From the UHGV virus genome UHGV-0382861: DNA of 42,430 bases. The stretch is one strand, 5' to 3'. Under the pieces are notes generated by a model. That model did no database searches. It saw only the letters and a program-made list of their open reading frames with translations, and was not told the origin of the DNA. Position 1 is the first letter of the stretch. Every line of letters starts with the position of its first letter. The position numbers and the translations under genes were made by a program. The stretch is from a virus. This document shows, one piece after another, positions 18,546-28,886 of the stretch.

Positions 18546-19059
18546 GAAAAGCGGAGCGACCGGGATTGTTTGCTCAGTCGCTACGATTATCGCAATAGTG
18601 GTCAATGCGGGGCACGTTCGAACCAATGAACGTGGTCTGGAGCTAATCGGGAATGCAGAATCTTGTCGTCGTGACCCTTATGTTTGCCCCGCTGGCGTGC
18701 TCACCGATGGCATGGGAAACACCCACGGCGTTAAACCCGGCACAGTTAAAAACGACCAGCAGATCGCGGCTGAATGGGAAAAAAATATCCTCGATGCTGA
18801 ATCCTGCGTTAACCGGTACGCCAACGGCAAAAATCTCAGCGACAATACCTTTTCTGCAGTAACGTCAATTACCTTTAATGTCGGGTGCCCAACGATGAAG
18901 CAGTCGACAATGTTTGCATTATTTCGCGAGCAGAAATCGGCGTGGCCATCAGCCTGTGACCAGTTCCCCCGCTGGGTGTATGCAGGGAAGACTATTCTCC
19001 CGGGCCTTGTTAAGCGGCGCGACGCAGAGAAACAGCTCTGTCTGGATGGGCTGAAATGA
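18523..19059 (+). CDS. SAR endolysin (GH24 lysozyme with N-terminal signal-arrest-release domain)
   Basis: N-terminal 'KKSGATGIVCSVATIIAIVVNAG' followed by 'ERGLELIGNAESCRRDPY...GVLTDGMGNT', an E-D-T lysozyme triad pattern. Confidence 0.75.
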   Translation: MAQLKLSKKSGATGIVCSVATIIAIVVNAGHVRTNERGLELIGNAESCRRDPYVCPAGVLTDGMGNTHGVKPGTVKNDQQIAAEWEKNILDAESCVNRYANGKNLSDNTFSAVTSITFNVGCPTMKQSTMFALFREQKSAWPSACDQFPRWVYAGKTILPGLVKRRDAEKQLCLDGLK

Positions 19060-19601
19060 TCACCCTGGCCGATATCAAAGCCTCATGGCGTCTGATACTG
19101 CTGGTGGCCGTCATTGCGGTAGTCGCCGTGCTGTGTGTCCTGCTGGCAAACAGCCGTTCTGACGTTGCTATGCTGAAGAGTGATAATGACGTTCTGCGCA
19201 GTGATAACACCCTACAGGGGACGGTTATCGCTGCACAGGCTTTCAACTTCAACCGGTTTAACCAGGTTGCCGAAAACGCCAGCCGATTAAACTCACTGAT
19301 TGATGCCAGCTCCGATAAAACCGTTATCGAGTATCGGGAGATCCTCCGCCGTGAAAAAACCTGTGATCTGCCTGTTCCTGCTGATGTCGCTGGTGGGCTG
19401 CTCAGCTACGCGAACAGTTTACGTGCCAGCGCAATGCACGCCGATCCCAGGGGCGCTGACGCAGCCAGTGTTAGCGCCACTACCACCAGCGCGCTGACGT
19501 ATTGCCAGGCTGTTCTCTGGATTAAGCCGCTGCTGGCCGCTATCGAAAAAGCGAATAACCAGCTGGCGGGCATCCGTCAAATCGAGCAGGACAGGCAATA
19601 G
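19056..19601 (+). CDS. Rz: Rz-like i-spanin
   Basis: N-terminal TM 'WRLILLVAVIAVVAVLCVLLA', then a coiled-coil periplasmic domain. Confidence 0.65.
   Translation: MITLADIKASWRLILLVAVIAVVAVLCVLLANSRSDVAMLKSDNDVLRSDNTLQGTVIAAQAFNFNRFNQVAENASRLNSLIDASSDKTVIEYREILRREKTCDLPVPADVAGGLLSYANSLRASAMHADPRGADAASVSATTTSALTYCQAVLWIKPLLAAIEKANNQLAGIRQIEQDRQ
19351..19497 (+). CDS. Rz1: Rz1-like o-spanin lipoprotein embedded in the +1 frame of Rz
   Basis: GTG start at 19351 after GGGAG. Product MKKPVICLFLLMSLVG|CSATRTVYVPAQCTPIPGALTQPVLAPLPPAR has a lipobox LVGC and a Pro-rich mature peptide. Confidence 0.6.
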   Translation: MKKPVICLFLLMSLVGCSATRTVYVPAQCTPIPGALTQPVLAPLPPAR

Positions 19602-19659
19602 CATTACAGAAGCCCTTCACTGAGGGGCTTCGATAATGACATGACACATGGAAAATCAA

Positions 19660-20232
19660 ATGACTAAGAAGCTGAAAGCGAAGCACGAGGTGTTTTGCCG
19701 CGAGTTTCTTGTCGATCTGAATGCCACCCAAGCCGTCATTCGTGCGGGGTACTCCGCTAAGCGAGCGCATGTTACTGGTGCTGAGCTTTACGGTAGACCA
19801 GAAATACGCGCCCGCATCAACGAGCTAAAGCAGGAACGTATCGACCAGTTGGGCATCGACGCGAATTATGTGCTGATGCGGCTGGTGGAGATCGACAAGC
19901 TCGATGTGGCCGACATCCTCGAAGACGATTTAAGCGTTAAGCCGCTCTCTGAGTGGCCGGAGTCCTGGCGTCGGTATCTTAGCGGGTTCAATCTCGCGGA
20001 AATGTTTGAGGGCCGTGGGGATGACCGAGAGATGGTTGGCATTCTCAAAAAGATTAAGTGGCCCGACAAGGTCAAAAACCTTGAGCTGCTTGGTCGCCAC
20101 GTCTCTATTCAGGCGTTTAAAGACAACGTTAAGAGCGAGATAACCGGCGCTGATGGCGGTCCAGTCAGAACTGAAACAACCAACTTAACGCCAGAGCAAG
20201 CAGCAGAGGCGTATAAAAAAATGATGGGTTAG
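19660..20232 (+). CDS. terS: Terminase small subunit (Terminase_2 family)
   Basis: '[32 protein letters not shown]' is the classic TerS N-terminus. The track's start at 19648 adds four residues. Confidence 0.75.
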   Translation: MTKKLKAKHEVFCREFLVDLNATQAVIRAGYSAKRAHVTGAELYGRPEIRARINELKQERIDQLGIDANYVLMRLVEIDKLDVADILEDDLSVKPLSEWPESWRRYLSGFNLAEMFEGRGDDREMVGILKKIKWPDKVKNLELLGRHVSIQAFKDNVKSEITGADGGPVRTETTNLTPEQAAEAYKKMMG

Positions 20233-20234
20233 AT

Positions 20235-21857
20235 ATGCCTTTACCGTTTCCTTTTGATTTCAAAAAACCTGACTACGTGCAGGTTTTCGAATGGCGAATG
20301 GAGCGACTGGAGAGGATCCGCAAAGACCCCGCCATGCTGGCAACCCTGAAGCAGTTTTATCGTACCAATCCAGCCCAGTTCATCATTGACTGGGGTATGA
20401 CGACCGACCCGCGTAACCTCGACTACGGCCTGCCGGTGACCATTCCGTTTTTGCTCTTCCCAAAACAGGAAGAGTGGATCCACTGGATTATGGAACGCTG
20501 GGGCAATCGGGAGAACGGGATAACGGAAAAATCCCGTGAAATGGGGCTCAGTTGGACGGCGATAGGAATGGCCTGCTCACTCTGTCTCTTCAACAAAGAG
20601 ATGGTGATCGGTTTCGGCTCCCGTAAAGAGGAATATGTCGACAGTACTGGCGATCCTAAAGCGTTGCTCTGGAAAGCGAGAAAGTTTATCGAAACGCTGC
20701 CCGTTGAGTTTCGTGGTGGCTGGAATGAGAAGAAAGACTCACGGTTTATGCAGGTGGAGTTCCCGGAAACCGGGGCCATTATCAAAGGTGAGGCTGGCGA
20801 TAACATTGGCCGTGGTGACCGTACCACACTTTATCTGGTGGATGAGTCTGCTTTCCTTCTGCGCCCGCAACTGATTGACGCAGCGCTGTCGCAAACGACC
20901 CGCTGCCGTATTGACCTCTCCTCCGTTAACGGGATGGGTAACCCTTTCGCTCAGAAACGCCACGGCGGCAAAATCCCCGTGTTTACATTCCATTGGCGCA
21001 GCGACCCTCGCAAGGACGATGAGTGGTACCGCAACGAATGCGATAAAATCGATAATCCGGTGGTCGTGGCACAAGAACTGGACCTGAATTATGCCGCATC
21101 GGCGGAAGGTGTCCTCATCCCCGCAGAATGGGTGCAGGCGGCTATTGATGCCCATATCAAACTGGGTATCAAACCGACAGGCAGACGCCAGGGGGCTCTG
21201 GATATTGCTGACGAGGGGCGGGATAAAAACTCTTATTCAGCCCGGTATGGTTTCCTGCTGGAGGATGTCCAGGAATGGTCTGGCAAGGGTAGCGATATCT
21301 TCTCTACCGTCGAGCGCGCTTTCGGGCTTTGCGATGCGGCTGCCGTCGAAGAACTACGTTTCGATGAAGATGGTCTCGGGGCTGGCGCGCGCGGTGATGC
21401 CCGCGTTATTAACGAACAGCGCAGAACAAATCGCCGCCCAGCTATTCTCGCAACGCCGTTCCGCGGTAGCGGAGCGGTGTTTGATCCAGATGGAGAAGCT
21501 GTACCGGGGGATAACGCCCGGACTGCTCGGCTGAATAAGGATTTCTTTGCAAATGCCAAAGCGCAGAGCTGGTGGCATTTACGCAAGCTGTTCCGCAACG
21601 TTTATCGCGCGGTGGTAGAGGGCAAACCCTACAACCCCGACGAAATAATCTCTCTTTCCAGCAGTATTTCCTGCCTGGACAAACTGGTCACTGAGCTGTC
21701 CCAGCCGACGTTCTCCATCAATGGAGTCGGCAAGATGGTGATTGATAAACAGCCTGACGGCACGAAGTCGCCGAACAATGCTGACTCAGTGATGATCAAC
21801 TATGCGCCGATGAATGCGGCACTGAATATCTGGGAAAGACTCGGGAGACAGGCTTAA
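20235..21857 (+). CDS. terL: Terminase large subunit (Terminase_6-type ATPase/nuclease)
   Basis: 540 aa. '[14 protein letters not shown]' Walker A variant (KxRQxGxS-like), 'LYLVDESAF' Walker B. Confidence 0.8.
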   Translation: MPLPFPFDFKKPDYVQVFEWRMERLERIRKDPAMLATLKQFYRTNPAQFIIDWGMTTDPRNLDYGLPVTIPFLLFPKQEEWIHWIMERWGNRENGITEKSREMGLSWTAIGMACSLCLFNKEMVIGFGSRKEEYVDSTGDPKALLWKARKFIETLPVEFRGGWNEKKDSRFMQVEFPETGAIIKGEAGDNIGRGDRTTLYLVDESAFLLRPQLIDAALSQTTRCRIDLSSVNGMGNPFAQKRHGGKIPVFTFHWRSDPRKDDEWYRNECDKIDNPVVVAQELDLNYAASAEGVLIPAEWVQAAIDAHIKLGIKPTGRRQGALDIADEGRDKNSYSARYGFLLEDVQEWSGKGSDIFSTVERAFGLCDAAAVEELRFDEDGLGAGARGDARVINEQRRTNRRPAILATPFRGSGAVFDPDGEAVPGDNARTARLNKDFFANAKAQSWWHLRKLFRNVYRAVVEGKPYNPDEIISLSSSISCLDKLVTELSQPTFSINGVGKMVIDKQPDGTKSPNNADSVMINYAPMNAALNIWERLGRQA

Positions 21858-23323
21858 TGGCGAAACAAAAGCAAGGCGGCCAGCGGAAAGCAGTAGCTAC
21901 CGCTGACAGCATTGAGAACTTTGTCGCCCGGGTGGGTATGCAAGCACCTAACCAGCACGCAGCGTCAACGTATCGACCGAATTTTACCAGCCGCAACCGA
22001 CTGCTGGTGGAGTGGGCGTATCGCTCGTCGTGGATTGTTGGCGAGGCGGTTGATGCCATACCGGACGACATGACCCGTAAGGGGATTCGCATCACCTCTG
22101 AAATTGATGCAAAAGACCGCGGCATTATCGAGTCACAGTTCGACGATTTGCAGTTGTGGGACGCGCTCAACGATGTGCTGAAGTGGTCACGTCTATACGG
22201 CGGTGCCGTGGGCTTCATCATGATTGAAGGTCAGGCGCCGATGACGCCGCTCAGGCTCGAGACCATCGGCAAAGGCAAGTTCAAAGGCATTCTGCCGCTC
22301 GACCGCTGGATGATTAACCCTGTGCTGACCCGTCGCATTAAAGAGATGGGGCCGGACCTGGGCAAACCTGAATTTTACGATGTGGTGACCACCGCGACAG
22401 GTATCCCTTCCTGGCGTATCCATCACAGTCGCTTGATTCGATTTGACGGCGTCACGCTACCTTTCCAGCAGAAAATGACCGAGAACGAATGGGGCATGTC
22501 CGTTGTGGAGCGTATCTGGGACCGGCTCACTATTTTTGATAGCGCGACTATGGGCGCCGGGCAGCTCGTCTATAAAGCTCACCTGCGTACCTACGGCGTG
22601 GACAAGCTCAGGGAACTGATTGCCTTCGGCGGCCCCGCTTACGATGCGCTGCTGAAGCAAATAGACCTGATTCGGCAGTTTCAGAGCAATGAGGGGATGA
22701 CCCTCAAAGATAATGCTGACACCTTCGAAACCCATCAGTACAGTTTTGCGGGGCTGGATGACATCCTCGCGCAGTTTGCTGAACAAATCAGCGGTGCAGT
22801 GGGCATCCCTCTGGTGCGCCTGTTCGGGCAGTCACCGAAGGGGTTCTCCACTGGCGACGCCGATCTCGCGAATTATTACGACCGGGTGAGTTCGTTGCAG
22901 GAGCGCCGACTCCGGCAGCCGCTTCGTCGGGTGATCGACATCATCTACCGTTCAGAGCTTGAGCAAGCCCTACCGGATGATTTCACCTTCGAGTTTAACC
23001 CTCTCTGGCAGATGTCTGATGTGGACCGTTCAACTGTGGCCGTCAATACCACCACGGCAATAGTCAACGCGCTGGACGCTGGCCTGATGACGACGAAAGC
23101 CGCTATGACTGACCTGCGTGAGAACTCTGATGTAACAGGTATCGGTGCATCCATAACCGACGAGGATATCGAGAATGCCGAAGACGAAGCGCCTCCAGGC
23201 CTCGGCGAACTTGAAAACCCGAAGCCAGAACCGACAAGCGGAGATCCGATATCGAACCAACCTACGCAGGATAGCGCGGACGGTCGGCGACATCGTAAAT
23301 GGCCGCTACGATGGTTCAAATGA
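21857..23323 (+). CDS. Portal protein (DUF1073-type)
   Basis: 488 aa directly after TerL (TAATG overlap). Sequence looks like a DUF1073 portal, with an acidic C-terminal tail. Confidence 0.7.
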   Translation: MAKQKQGGQRKAVATADSIENFVARVGMQAPNQHAASTYRPNFTSRNRLLVEWAYRSSWIVGEAVDAIPDDMTRKGIRITSEIDAKDRGIIESQFDDLQLWDALNDVLKWSRLYGGAVGFIMIEGQAPMTPLRLETIGKGKFKGILPLDRWMINPVLTRRIKEMGPDLGKPEFYDVVTTATGIPSWRIHHSRLIRFDGVTLPFQQKMTENEWGMSVVERIWDRLTIFDSATMGAGQLVYKAHLRTYGVDKLRELIAFGGPAYDALLKQIDLIRQFQSNEGMTLKDNADTFETHQYSFAGLDDILAQFAEQISGAVGIPLVRLFGQSPKGFSTGDADLANYYDRVSSLQERRLRQPLRRVIDIIYRSELEQALPDDFTFEFNPLWQMSDVDRSTVAVNTTTAIVNALDAGLMTTKAAMTDLRENSDVTGIGASITDEDIENAEDEAPPGLGELENPKPEPTSGDPISNQPTQDSADGRRHRKWPLRWFK

Positions 23324-23957
23324 CAGCGTCACAGAAATTATGGATGCACTGGAACGTTATAGCGAAATCATAACGCCCTGGGCGACTAAAGTGGCGGAGT
23401 CATTCACCGCAGACCTCACCCGGCAGAACGACAAAGTGTGGCGGCAGCACAGCAAGAACATCAGTCGCGAGCTCCGCAATCTGGTGGAAAGCGCCCCGGT
23501 TGGCCAGGTGATGCAGTCCATCATCGCGGAGCAGGTGAAATACATCAAATCTCTGCCTCTCGAGGCCGCAGACAGGGTGTACGGCATCCAGAACAAAGCG
23601 ATAGAGGCCGTGGTCACTGGCGGCCGGGCGGCGCAGTTCGCTAAAGAAATTGCATCCACTGGCGACGTTGCAAAGTCCAGGGCCGATCTGATTGCCCGAA
23701 CGGAACTGGGAAGAGCAACTGGCGCGCTGGATATGACCCGAGCGATGGCTATTGGTTCTATCGGATATATCTGGCGAACGGCAGATGATGGCGATGTCAG
23801 ACATTCGCATGCGGAGATGGAAGGCAAATTTGTTGAGTGGGGCAAGCCTCCAACGCTGGACGGCATGACCGGCCACGCGGGGGAGCTGCCAAACTGTCGC
23901 TGCTATAAAGAGATCGTGTTTGCTCGCGTTCCATTCGCAATGAAAAGGGCAGCATAA
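23175..23957 (+). CDS. Head morphogenesis protein, Mu F / SPP1 gp7 family
   Basis: 'DGDVRHSHAEMEGKF...LPNCRCY' Mu-F signature. GAGGAT RBS at ATG 23175, giving a 149-nt out-of-frame overlap with the portal gene. Alternative ATG at 23340. Confidence 0.7.
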   Translation: MPKTKRLQASANLKTRSQNRQAEIRYRTNLRRIARTVGDIVNGRYDGSNDSVTEIMDALERYSEIITPWATKVAESFTADLTRQNDKVWRQHSKNISRELRNLVESAPVGQVMQSIIAEQVKYIKSLPLEAADRVYGIQNKAIEAVVTGGRAAQFAKEIASTGDVAKSRADLIARTELGRATGALDMTRAMAIGSIGYIWRTADDGDVRHSHAEMEGKFVEWGKPPTLDGMTGHAGELPNCRCYKEIVFARVPFAMKRAA

Positions 23958-23960
23958 CCC

Positions 23961-25181
23961 ATGAAATACTTTTTTGAGACCAGGCTCGGGGAAACCCGAT
24001 ACCGCCTGGCGGATGGCTCATTGCTTTGCAAAGACGTGCCCGTAGCGCGAACCGGAAAGCAACTCTACGGCGCAGCCGATCTACCCAACCTTATTCCCGA
24101 TGCCTTTGGCGAAATTGTTGTCAGTCGCTCGCCAGAGCATGTCTTCGCCCCGGCAACCCTGGCGTCTTTCGAGGGCATGAGTATCACCGTTCTCCACCCG
24201 GAGGACGAAAACGGCAATGTGCAGCTGGTCAACCCTGCGAACTGGAAAGAGCTCGCGGTGGGCCACCTGCAGAATGTTCGTCGTGGGACAGGTGAACAGT
24301 CCGATCTGATGATTGCCGACATCATTATCAAAGACGAATACGCCATTCAGATGGTCGAAGACGGCCTCCGACAGGTGTCGTGTGGTTACGACGCGGAGTA
24401 CGAACAGACCGAGCCAGGTAAAGCCGAGCAGGTAGAAATTACAGGTAACCATGTGGCTCTTGTCCCCAAGGGCAGAGCCGGAAATCGTTGTGCAATTGGA
24501 GACAGAGACACAATGGCAAATCAAAAGAAAAACTGGTGGACACGCATGCGCGCTGCCATCAAAACCGGGGATGCCGACACCATGAACGAATTGGTGGAGT
24601 CGGCTCCAGCATCGGTTACAGGTGATGAAGGGGATTTGCCGCAGGGCGTAAATCTCAATATCAACCTGTCGCCACAACACCCTCTACCGGATAAAGATCC
24701 TGAAATGGGGGGCACGAAAACAGGAGATGGCGACGATGATGTCGTTACGCTGCTGAAAGCGCTGCTGGCTAAACTGAGCGCAGGTCCTACGGGCGACAAT
24801 GATAATCCGGATGATAAAAAAGGTCCTACCGTCGACGGTGAAGACGACGAAGAGGAAGCCGTGATTACTGGCGACTCAGCGTATCGCGCCGAAGTTATTC
24901 TGCCAGGGGTCGATCTGAGTCGTAAGATGAAGCCTACAGCGTTCAAACGCGAAGTTTTGTCCACCGCCGACAAGAAGTTGGTTCGTCAGGTTGTCGGCGA
25001 TGCCGATATTCGCAAGCTGCCGAAACAGTCGGTAGAAATGGCTTTCAATGCGGTTTCCGAGCTGGCAAAAGGCCGCAATACGCGCACCGCAACGGGCGAT
25101 GCCTCCCGCGCTACGATCACCACTCCTAACATTTCCGACCTGAATAAAGCTAACGCTGATTTCTGGGCTAAAAAAGGATAA
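23961..25181 (+). CDS. DUF2213-family head scaffold/maturation-like protein
   Basis: 406 aa. Conserved N-terminal domain followed by a long acidic Gly/Asp-rich linker. Confidence 0.5.
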   Translation: MKYFFETRLGETRYRLADGSLLCKDVPVARTGKQLYGAADLPNLIPDAFGEIVVSRSPEHVFAPATLASFEGMSITVLHPEDENGNVQLVNPANWKELAVGHLQNVRRGTGEQSDLMIADIIIKDEYAIQMVEDGLRQVSCGYDAEYEQTEPGKAEQVEITGNHVALVPKGRAGNRCAIGDRDTMANQKKNWWTRMRAAIKTGDADTMNELVESAPASVTGDEGDLPQGVNLNINLSPQHPLPDKDPEMGGTKTGDGDDDVVTLLKALLAKLSAGPTGDNDNPDDKKGPTVDGEDDEEEAVITGDSAYRAEVILPGVDLSRKMKPTAFKREVLSTADKKLVRQVVGDADIRKLPKQSVEMAFNAVSELAKGRNTRTATGDASRATITTPNISDLNKANADFWAKKG

Positions 25182-25187
25182 TTCACG

Positions 25188-25685
25188 ATGACTGCATATC
25201 TGTACCGGATGCCCGTAGGCATCGCCGGGGCGATTTCACGCCCTCAGGATCTGACCACCGAGCCGGTCATCCTAAAATCCGCTGACGCCTTCCCAGCCTA
25301 TGGTCTGGCAGGCAAATACGATGCGGATGGTTATTTTGTCCCGCTTGATGACGGCGATACTGCTGACAAAGTGAAGGGCATTTATGTGCGTCCGTATCCA
25401 ACGACCTCTACACCGGATATGGTCCGTCAGGTTGGCACCGACAAAAACTTCCCGGGTGATGCGCTGAAGCGCGGCTATATGACCATCAACCTGGGTAATG
25501 ATGCGACCACCATTAAAAAAGGCGCTCCGGTGTACGTCGTGATTTCTCTCGACTCCACCATTGATGTGCCGCTTGGCGGTTTCTCAGCAGCGAACATCGC
25601 CGGAAAGACAGTAGCTCTTCCGAATGCTGAGTTCACCGGTGCTGGCGATGCCGACGGCAACGCTGAAATCTCCTGGAAGATTTAA
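25188..25685 (+). CDS. Putative head decoration/cement protein
   Basis: 165 aa, Gly/Ala/Asp-rich, sitting between the scaffold-like gene and the major capsid gene. Confidence 0.35.
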   Translation: MTAYLYRMPVGIAGAISRPQDLTTEPVILKSADAFPAYGLAGKYDADGYFVPLDDGDTADKVKGIYVRPYPTTSTPDMVRQVGTDKNFPGDALKRGYMTINLGNDATTIKKGAPVYVVISLDSTIDVPLGGFSAANIAGKTVALPNAEFTGAGDADGNAEISWKI

Positions 25686-25697
25686 GGAATAAATAAC

Positions 25698-26645
25698 ATG
25701 CCAATGATTACTTTTGACCAGGCGACGGTAGACGGCTCTGGTGCCTTTCTTGTCGGCGAACTGGAGCGTCTTGACCAGGGATTAAACCTGCCGCTGGTGG
25801 GATACACCTGGACCCGCGATATCCAGCTGCGTGAAGACGTCTCTATCGCAGATGACATTTCCAGCTGGACTAACACCAGCTTTGGCGCTGCCGGTACTGG
25901 TGCGAATCCGAACGGTAAAAACTGGGTTGGTAAAGACCCCACCGCCATTGCTGGGGTGAACGTCGATATCGGCAAAGACGGCAATCCGCTGAACCTGTGG
26001 GGTATGGAGCTGGGCTGGACCGTTATCGAGCTGAAAGCCGCTGAGCAGGTTGGTCGCCCAATCGATACTCAGAAATACGACGGTATGCAGCTGAAGTGGC
26101 AGATGGACAACGACGAGCAGGTTTACGTCGGAGATACCTCGCTGAATCTGAAAGGCCTGGCCACGCTGAACGGAGTTCCAGTAAACAACGCGGCGAAGAC
26201 CTGGGCGACTTCCACACCGGATGAAATCCGTGCCAGCATTAACCAGGTGCTGTCGGATGCCTGGGCTGCCTCAGGCTATTCAATGGTACCCCGCGATTTG
26301 CTAATTCCGCCGGAGCAGTTTGCTCTGCTGTCCAGCATCATCGTGTCTTCAGCAGGTAACCAGTCCCTGCTTACTTACCTCCAGACCAACACCATTAGCT
26401 ATCACCAGAATGGCGTTCCGCTGAACATCCGCGCGGTTAAGTGGCTGAAAGGTCGTGGTGTTGGTGGCAAGGATCGCATGGTTGCCTACACCAACGATAA
26501 GAAATACGTCCGCTATCCGCTGGTACCGCTGCAGAGCGTGCCTGTGCAGTACCGCGGTCTGTATCAGATTGTCACCTATTACGGCAAGCTGGGTGCAATC
26601 GAACCTGTGTATAAAGAAACGCTGTCCTACGTGGACGGTATCTGA
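25698..26645 (+). CDS. Major capsid protein (DUF2184 family)
   Basis: 315 aa; size, position and composition typical of DUF2184 capsids. Followed by a strong hairpin GGCCCC-TTTTAC-GGGGCC at 26655..26672. Confidence 0.65.
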   Translation: MPMITFDQATVDGSGAFLVGELERLDQGLNLPLVGYTWTRDIQLREDVSIADDISSWTNTSFGAAGTGANPNGKNWVGKDPTAIAGVNVDIGKDGNPLNLWGMELGWTVIELKAAEQVGRPIDTQKYDGMQLKWQMDNDEQVYVGDTSLNLKGLATLNGVPVNNAAKTWATSTPDEIRASINQVLSDAWAASGYSMVPRDLLIPPEQFALLSSIIVSSAGNQSLLTYLQTNTISYHQNGVPLNIRAVKWLKGRGVGGKDRMVAYTNDKKYVRYPLVPLQSVPVQYRGLYQIVTYYGKLGAIEPVYKETLSYVDGI

Positions 26646-26688
26646 TAACCAGAATGGCCCCTTTTACGGGGCCTGAAGGACTTTCCAA

Positions 26689-27048
26689 ATGGCAAAAGAA
26701 AAACTGGTTTCGATCCTTGTCCATACCCCTTTCAAGTTGACGCTGGCGGATGGCACGGCGACCGAATACACCAAAGGTCTCCACGACGTACCGGAAGAGC
26801 ATGCCGGACATTGGTTTACCCAGGCTCATGCGGAGTTGACGGACCGGGTTAACGCTGACGATGGCGAAGATCTGCAGAAGCTTAAGGATGCACTGGCCCA
26901 ACGTGATGAGCAACTTAAGGCGAACCAGGACACAATCGACGCCCTGAATATGCAGATTGAAGACCTTAACGCGCAACTGGCGGCATCGCTGATCGGCGGT
27001 GAAGGGGGCAAAAATGCCGAAAAACCAATCTCTGCCAACCGTAAGTGA
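26689..27048 (+). CDS. Hypothetical head-tail joining region protein with C-terminal coiled coil
   Basis: 119 aa, AGGA RBS, '[37 protein letters not shown]' heptads. Confidence 0.5.
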   Translation: MAKEKLVSILVHTPFKLTLADGTATEYTKGLHDVPEEHAGHWFTQAHAELTDRVNADDGEDLQKLKDALAQRDEQLKANQDTIDALNMQIEDLNAQLAASLIGGEGGKNAEKPISANRK

Positions 27049-27424
27049 TTTTCGGCGTGACTTTCCCCAGTTTGCTGACCCCGTTAAATACCCTGAACCA
27101 CAAATCCAGTTCCGTCTGAACCTAGCTGATATACAGCTGATTGGTGAAGGTACGACTGGAAAGCAGCTCTTTCCGTATTTTGCTGAGCTGTATGTCGCGC
27201 ATTACATGGTGCTCTGGGCTGCTGATAGTCGGGCGATGCTCGCTGGCGGCCCGGGAGGTTCAACTAATGGGGTCCAGTCCTCTAAGTCAGTGGATAAGGT
27301 TAGTGTTAGTTATGACACTGGCGCGACGCTTAACCCTGATGCTGGGTTCTGGAATAACAGCCGTTACGGTGCAGAACTGTATCAGCTAATCACCATGTTT
27401 GGCGCAGGCGGTCGCCAGCTATGA
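27014..27424 (+). CDS. DUF4054-like head-tail adaptor protein
   Basis: ATG at 27014 with a GAAGGGGG RBS; 35-nt overlap with the upstream gene. Confidence 0.45.
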   Translation: MPKNQSLPTVSDFRRDFPQFADPVKYPEPQIQFRLNLADIQLIGEGTTGKQLFPYFAELYVAHYMVLWAADSRAMLAGGPGGSTNGVQSSKSVDKVSVSYDTGATLNPDAGFWNNSRYGAELYQLITMFGAGGRQL

Positions 27425-27969
27425 AAAGCGGCGTAACGATTCGTGCCGATAATGCTCAGGCTATTCTGGATGCGCTCAAGTCGCTAACCAAAAAGGATGT
27501 GCTGGTCGGTATCCCTTCGGAAGACAGTGAGCGTGATGATGTTCCGTTTGGTAATGCCGGGATCGGCTATGTCAACGAATACGGCTCACCAGCACAAAAC
27601 ATCCCCCCACGACCGCACCTGGTCCCCGGCATTAAATCAGTAGAGGAACAGACGGTGCCGCAGCTCAAAGCAGCGGCGCAGGCTGCACTTGATGGTAATG
27701 CGGATGGAGCGGAAAGAGCCCTCAATCAGGCCGGCACACTGGCCGCTAACGGCGTCAGGCGTTACATGACCATTACCGGCTTTACACCGCTAGCTGATAG
27801 CACTGTTGAAGCCCGCGCTCGTCGTGGGCGGAAAGGGGCGAAAGCTGAGCTTGCCCGACGCGCTGCGGGTGAGCTACCCGGGACAGATCTGGTGAAACCG
27901 CTAATCGATACCGGGCAGTACCGCAGAGCCATTACCCATGTTGTGAGGGATAAAGATGCCGACTCTTGA
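27421..27969 (+). CDS. Hypothetical virion (neck/tail completion) protein
   Basis: 182 aa; ATGA overlap with the upstream gene. Confidence 0.45.
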   Translation: MKSGVTIRADNAQAILDALKSLTKKDVLVGIPSEDSERDDVPFGNAGIGYVNEYGSPAQNIPPRPHLVPGIKSVEEQTVPQLKAAAQAALDGNADGAERALNQAGTLAANGVRRYMTITGFTPLADSTVEARARRGRKGAKAELARRAAGELPGTDLVKPLIDTGQYRRAITHVVRDKDADS

Positions 27970-28345
27970 TGTAACAGACGTGCTTTTTGACCCCGATTTT
28001 TGCGACTTCAACCTGTGGGTAACGCGTCGCGCGCAAACGGTGGACGAAGACGGTATCGGCAGCGACAGCGAAGTTAAAACGCAGTTTGCCGGGGTTGTTA
28101 CCGTTGACCGCTCTCTTGAAAACCGCCGCATGCAGGCCGGGCAGGTTATCAGCGGGGCGATTCTTATCGTGACGACTGAGCGACTCACGCAGGGGCAGAC
28201 TGGCCGTGATGCCGATATCGTGACGTATCAGAACCGTGATTATCGTGTGACGTTCGTCGACCCGTATACCGCTTACGGTGCTGGCTTCGTCCAGGCACAT
28301 TGCGAACTGTTGCCATTTGATGGGGGGACCCCCGTTGAGCAATAA
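27956..28345 (+). CDS. Hypothetical virion protein
   Basis: 129 aa, overlapping the previous stop. Confidence 0.45.
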   Translation: MPTLDVTDVLFDPDFCDFNLWVTRRAQTVDEDGIGSDSEVKTQFAGVVTVDRSLENRRMQAGQVISGAILIVTTERLTQGQTGRDADIVTYQNRDYRVTFVDPYTAYGAGFVQAHCELLPFDGGTPVEQ

Positions 28346-28883
28346 CACCAGCACAGAGCGCGGCTGGCTGACACCCACCAGCGGCGATCCTGATTATGAC
28401 GAAGCGCTCGACAGGCTGTTAAGCCAGTGGATGCGCAACGTTTCCGGCTTGCCGGCTGGGATGGTTCGCCCGCGCTGGCAGAAAGATCAGCCGCCAATGT
28501 TGCCAGTTGAAACGAACTGGTGCGCGTTTGGCATCATCGAATGGCCCATTGATAACAGCCCCGCATTCACACAACAGACCGATACCGGAACACAGCTCTG
28601 GCGGCATGAGGATTTTGTCGCGATGGCGTCGTTCTACGGCCCGGGAGGAATGCAATTTGCTTCGCGATTCCGTGACGGAATATCGGTTGAGCAAAACAAT
28701 GCCGAGCTGAACCAGTCGGATCTCTCACTCGTTAGCTATGGCGATATTGTCCCTTTCCCCGAGCTTATTAACCAACAGTGGGTGCGCCGTTACGACATGA
28801 AAGTGCGGCTGCGCCGGAAAGTGGTTCGAGAGTACAACATCCTGGCGCTGCAAGATGCGCCCGTTTCATTCTTCGGAGACTAA
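28335..28883 (+). CDS. Hypothetical virion protein (probable TTG start)
   Basis: The ORF-track start at 28278 overlaps the upstream gene. TTG at 28335 preceded by GGGGGA is more plausible; ATG at 28320 is an alternative. Confidence 0.4.
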   Translation: MSNNTSTERGWLTPTSGDPDYDEALDRLLSQWMRNVSGLPAGMVRPRWQKDQPPMLPVETNWCAFGIIEWPIDNSPAFTQQTDTGTQLWRHEDFVAMASFYGPGGMQFASRFRDGISVEQNNAELNQSDLSLVSYGDIVPFPELINQQWVRRYDMKVRLRRKVVREYNILALQDAPVSFFGD

Positions 28884-28886
28884 ATT

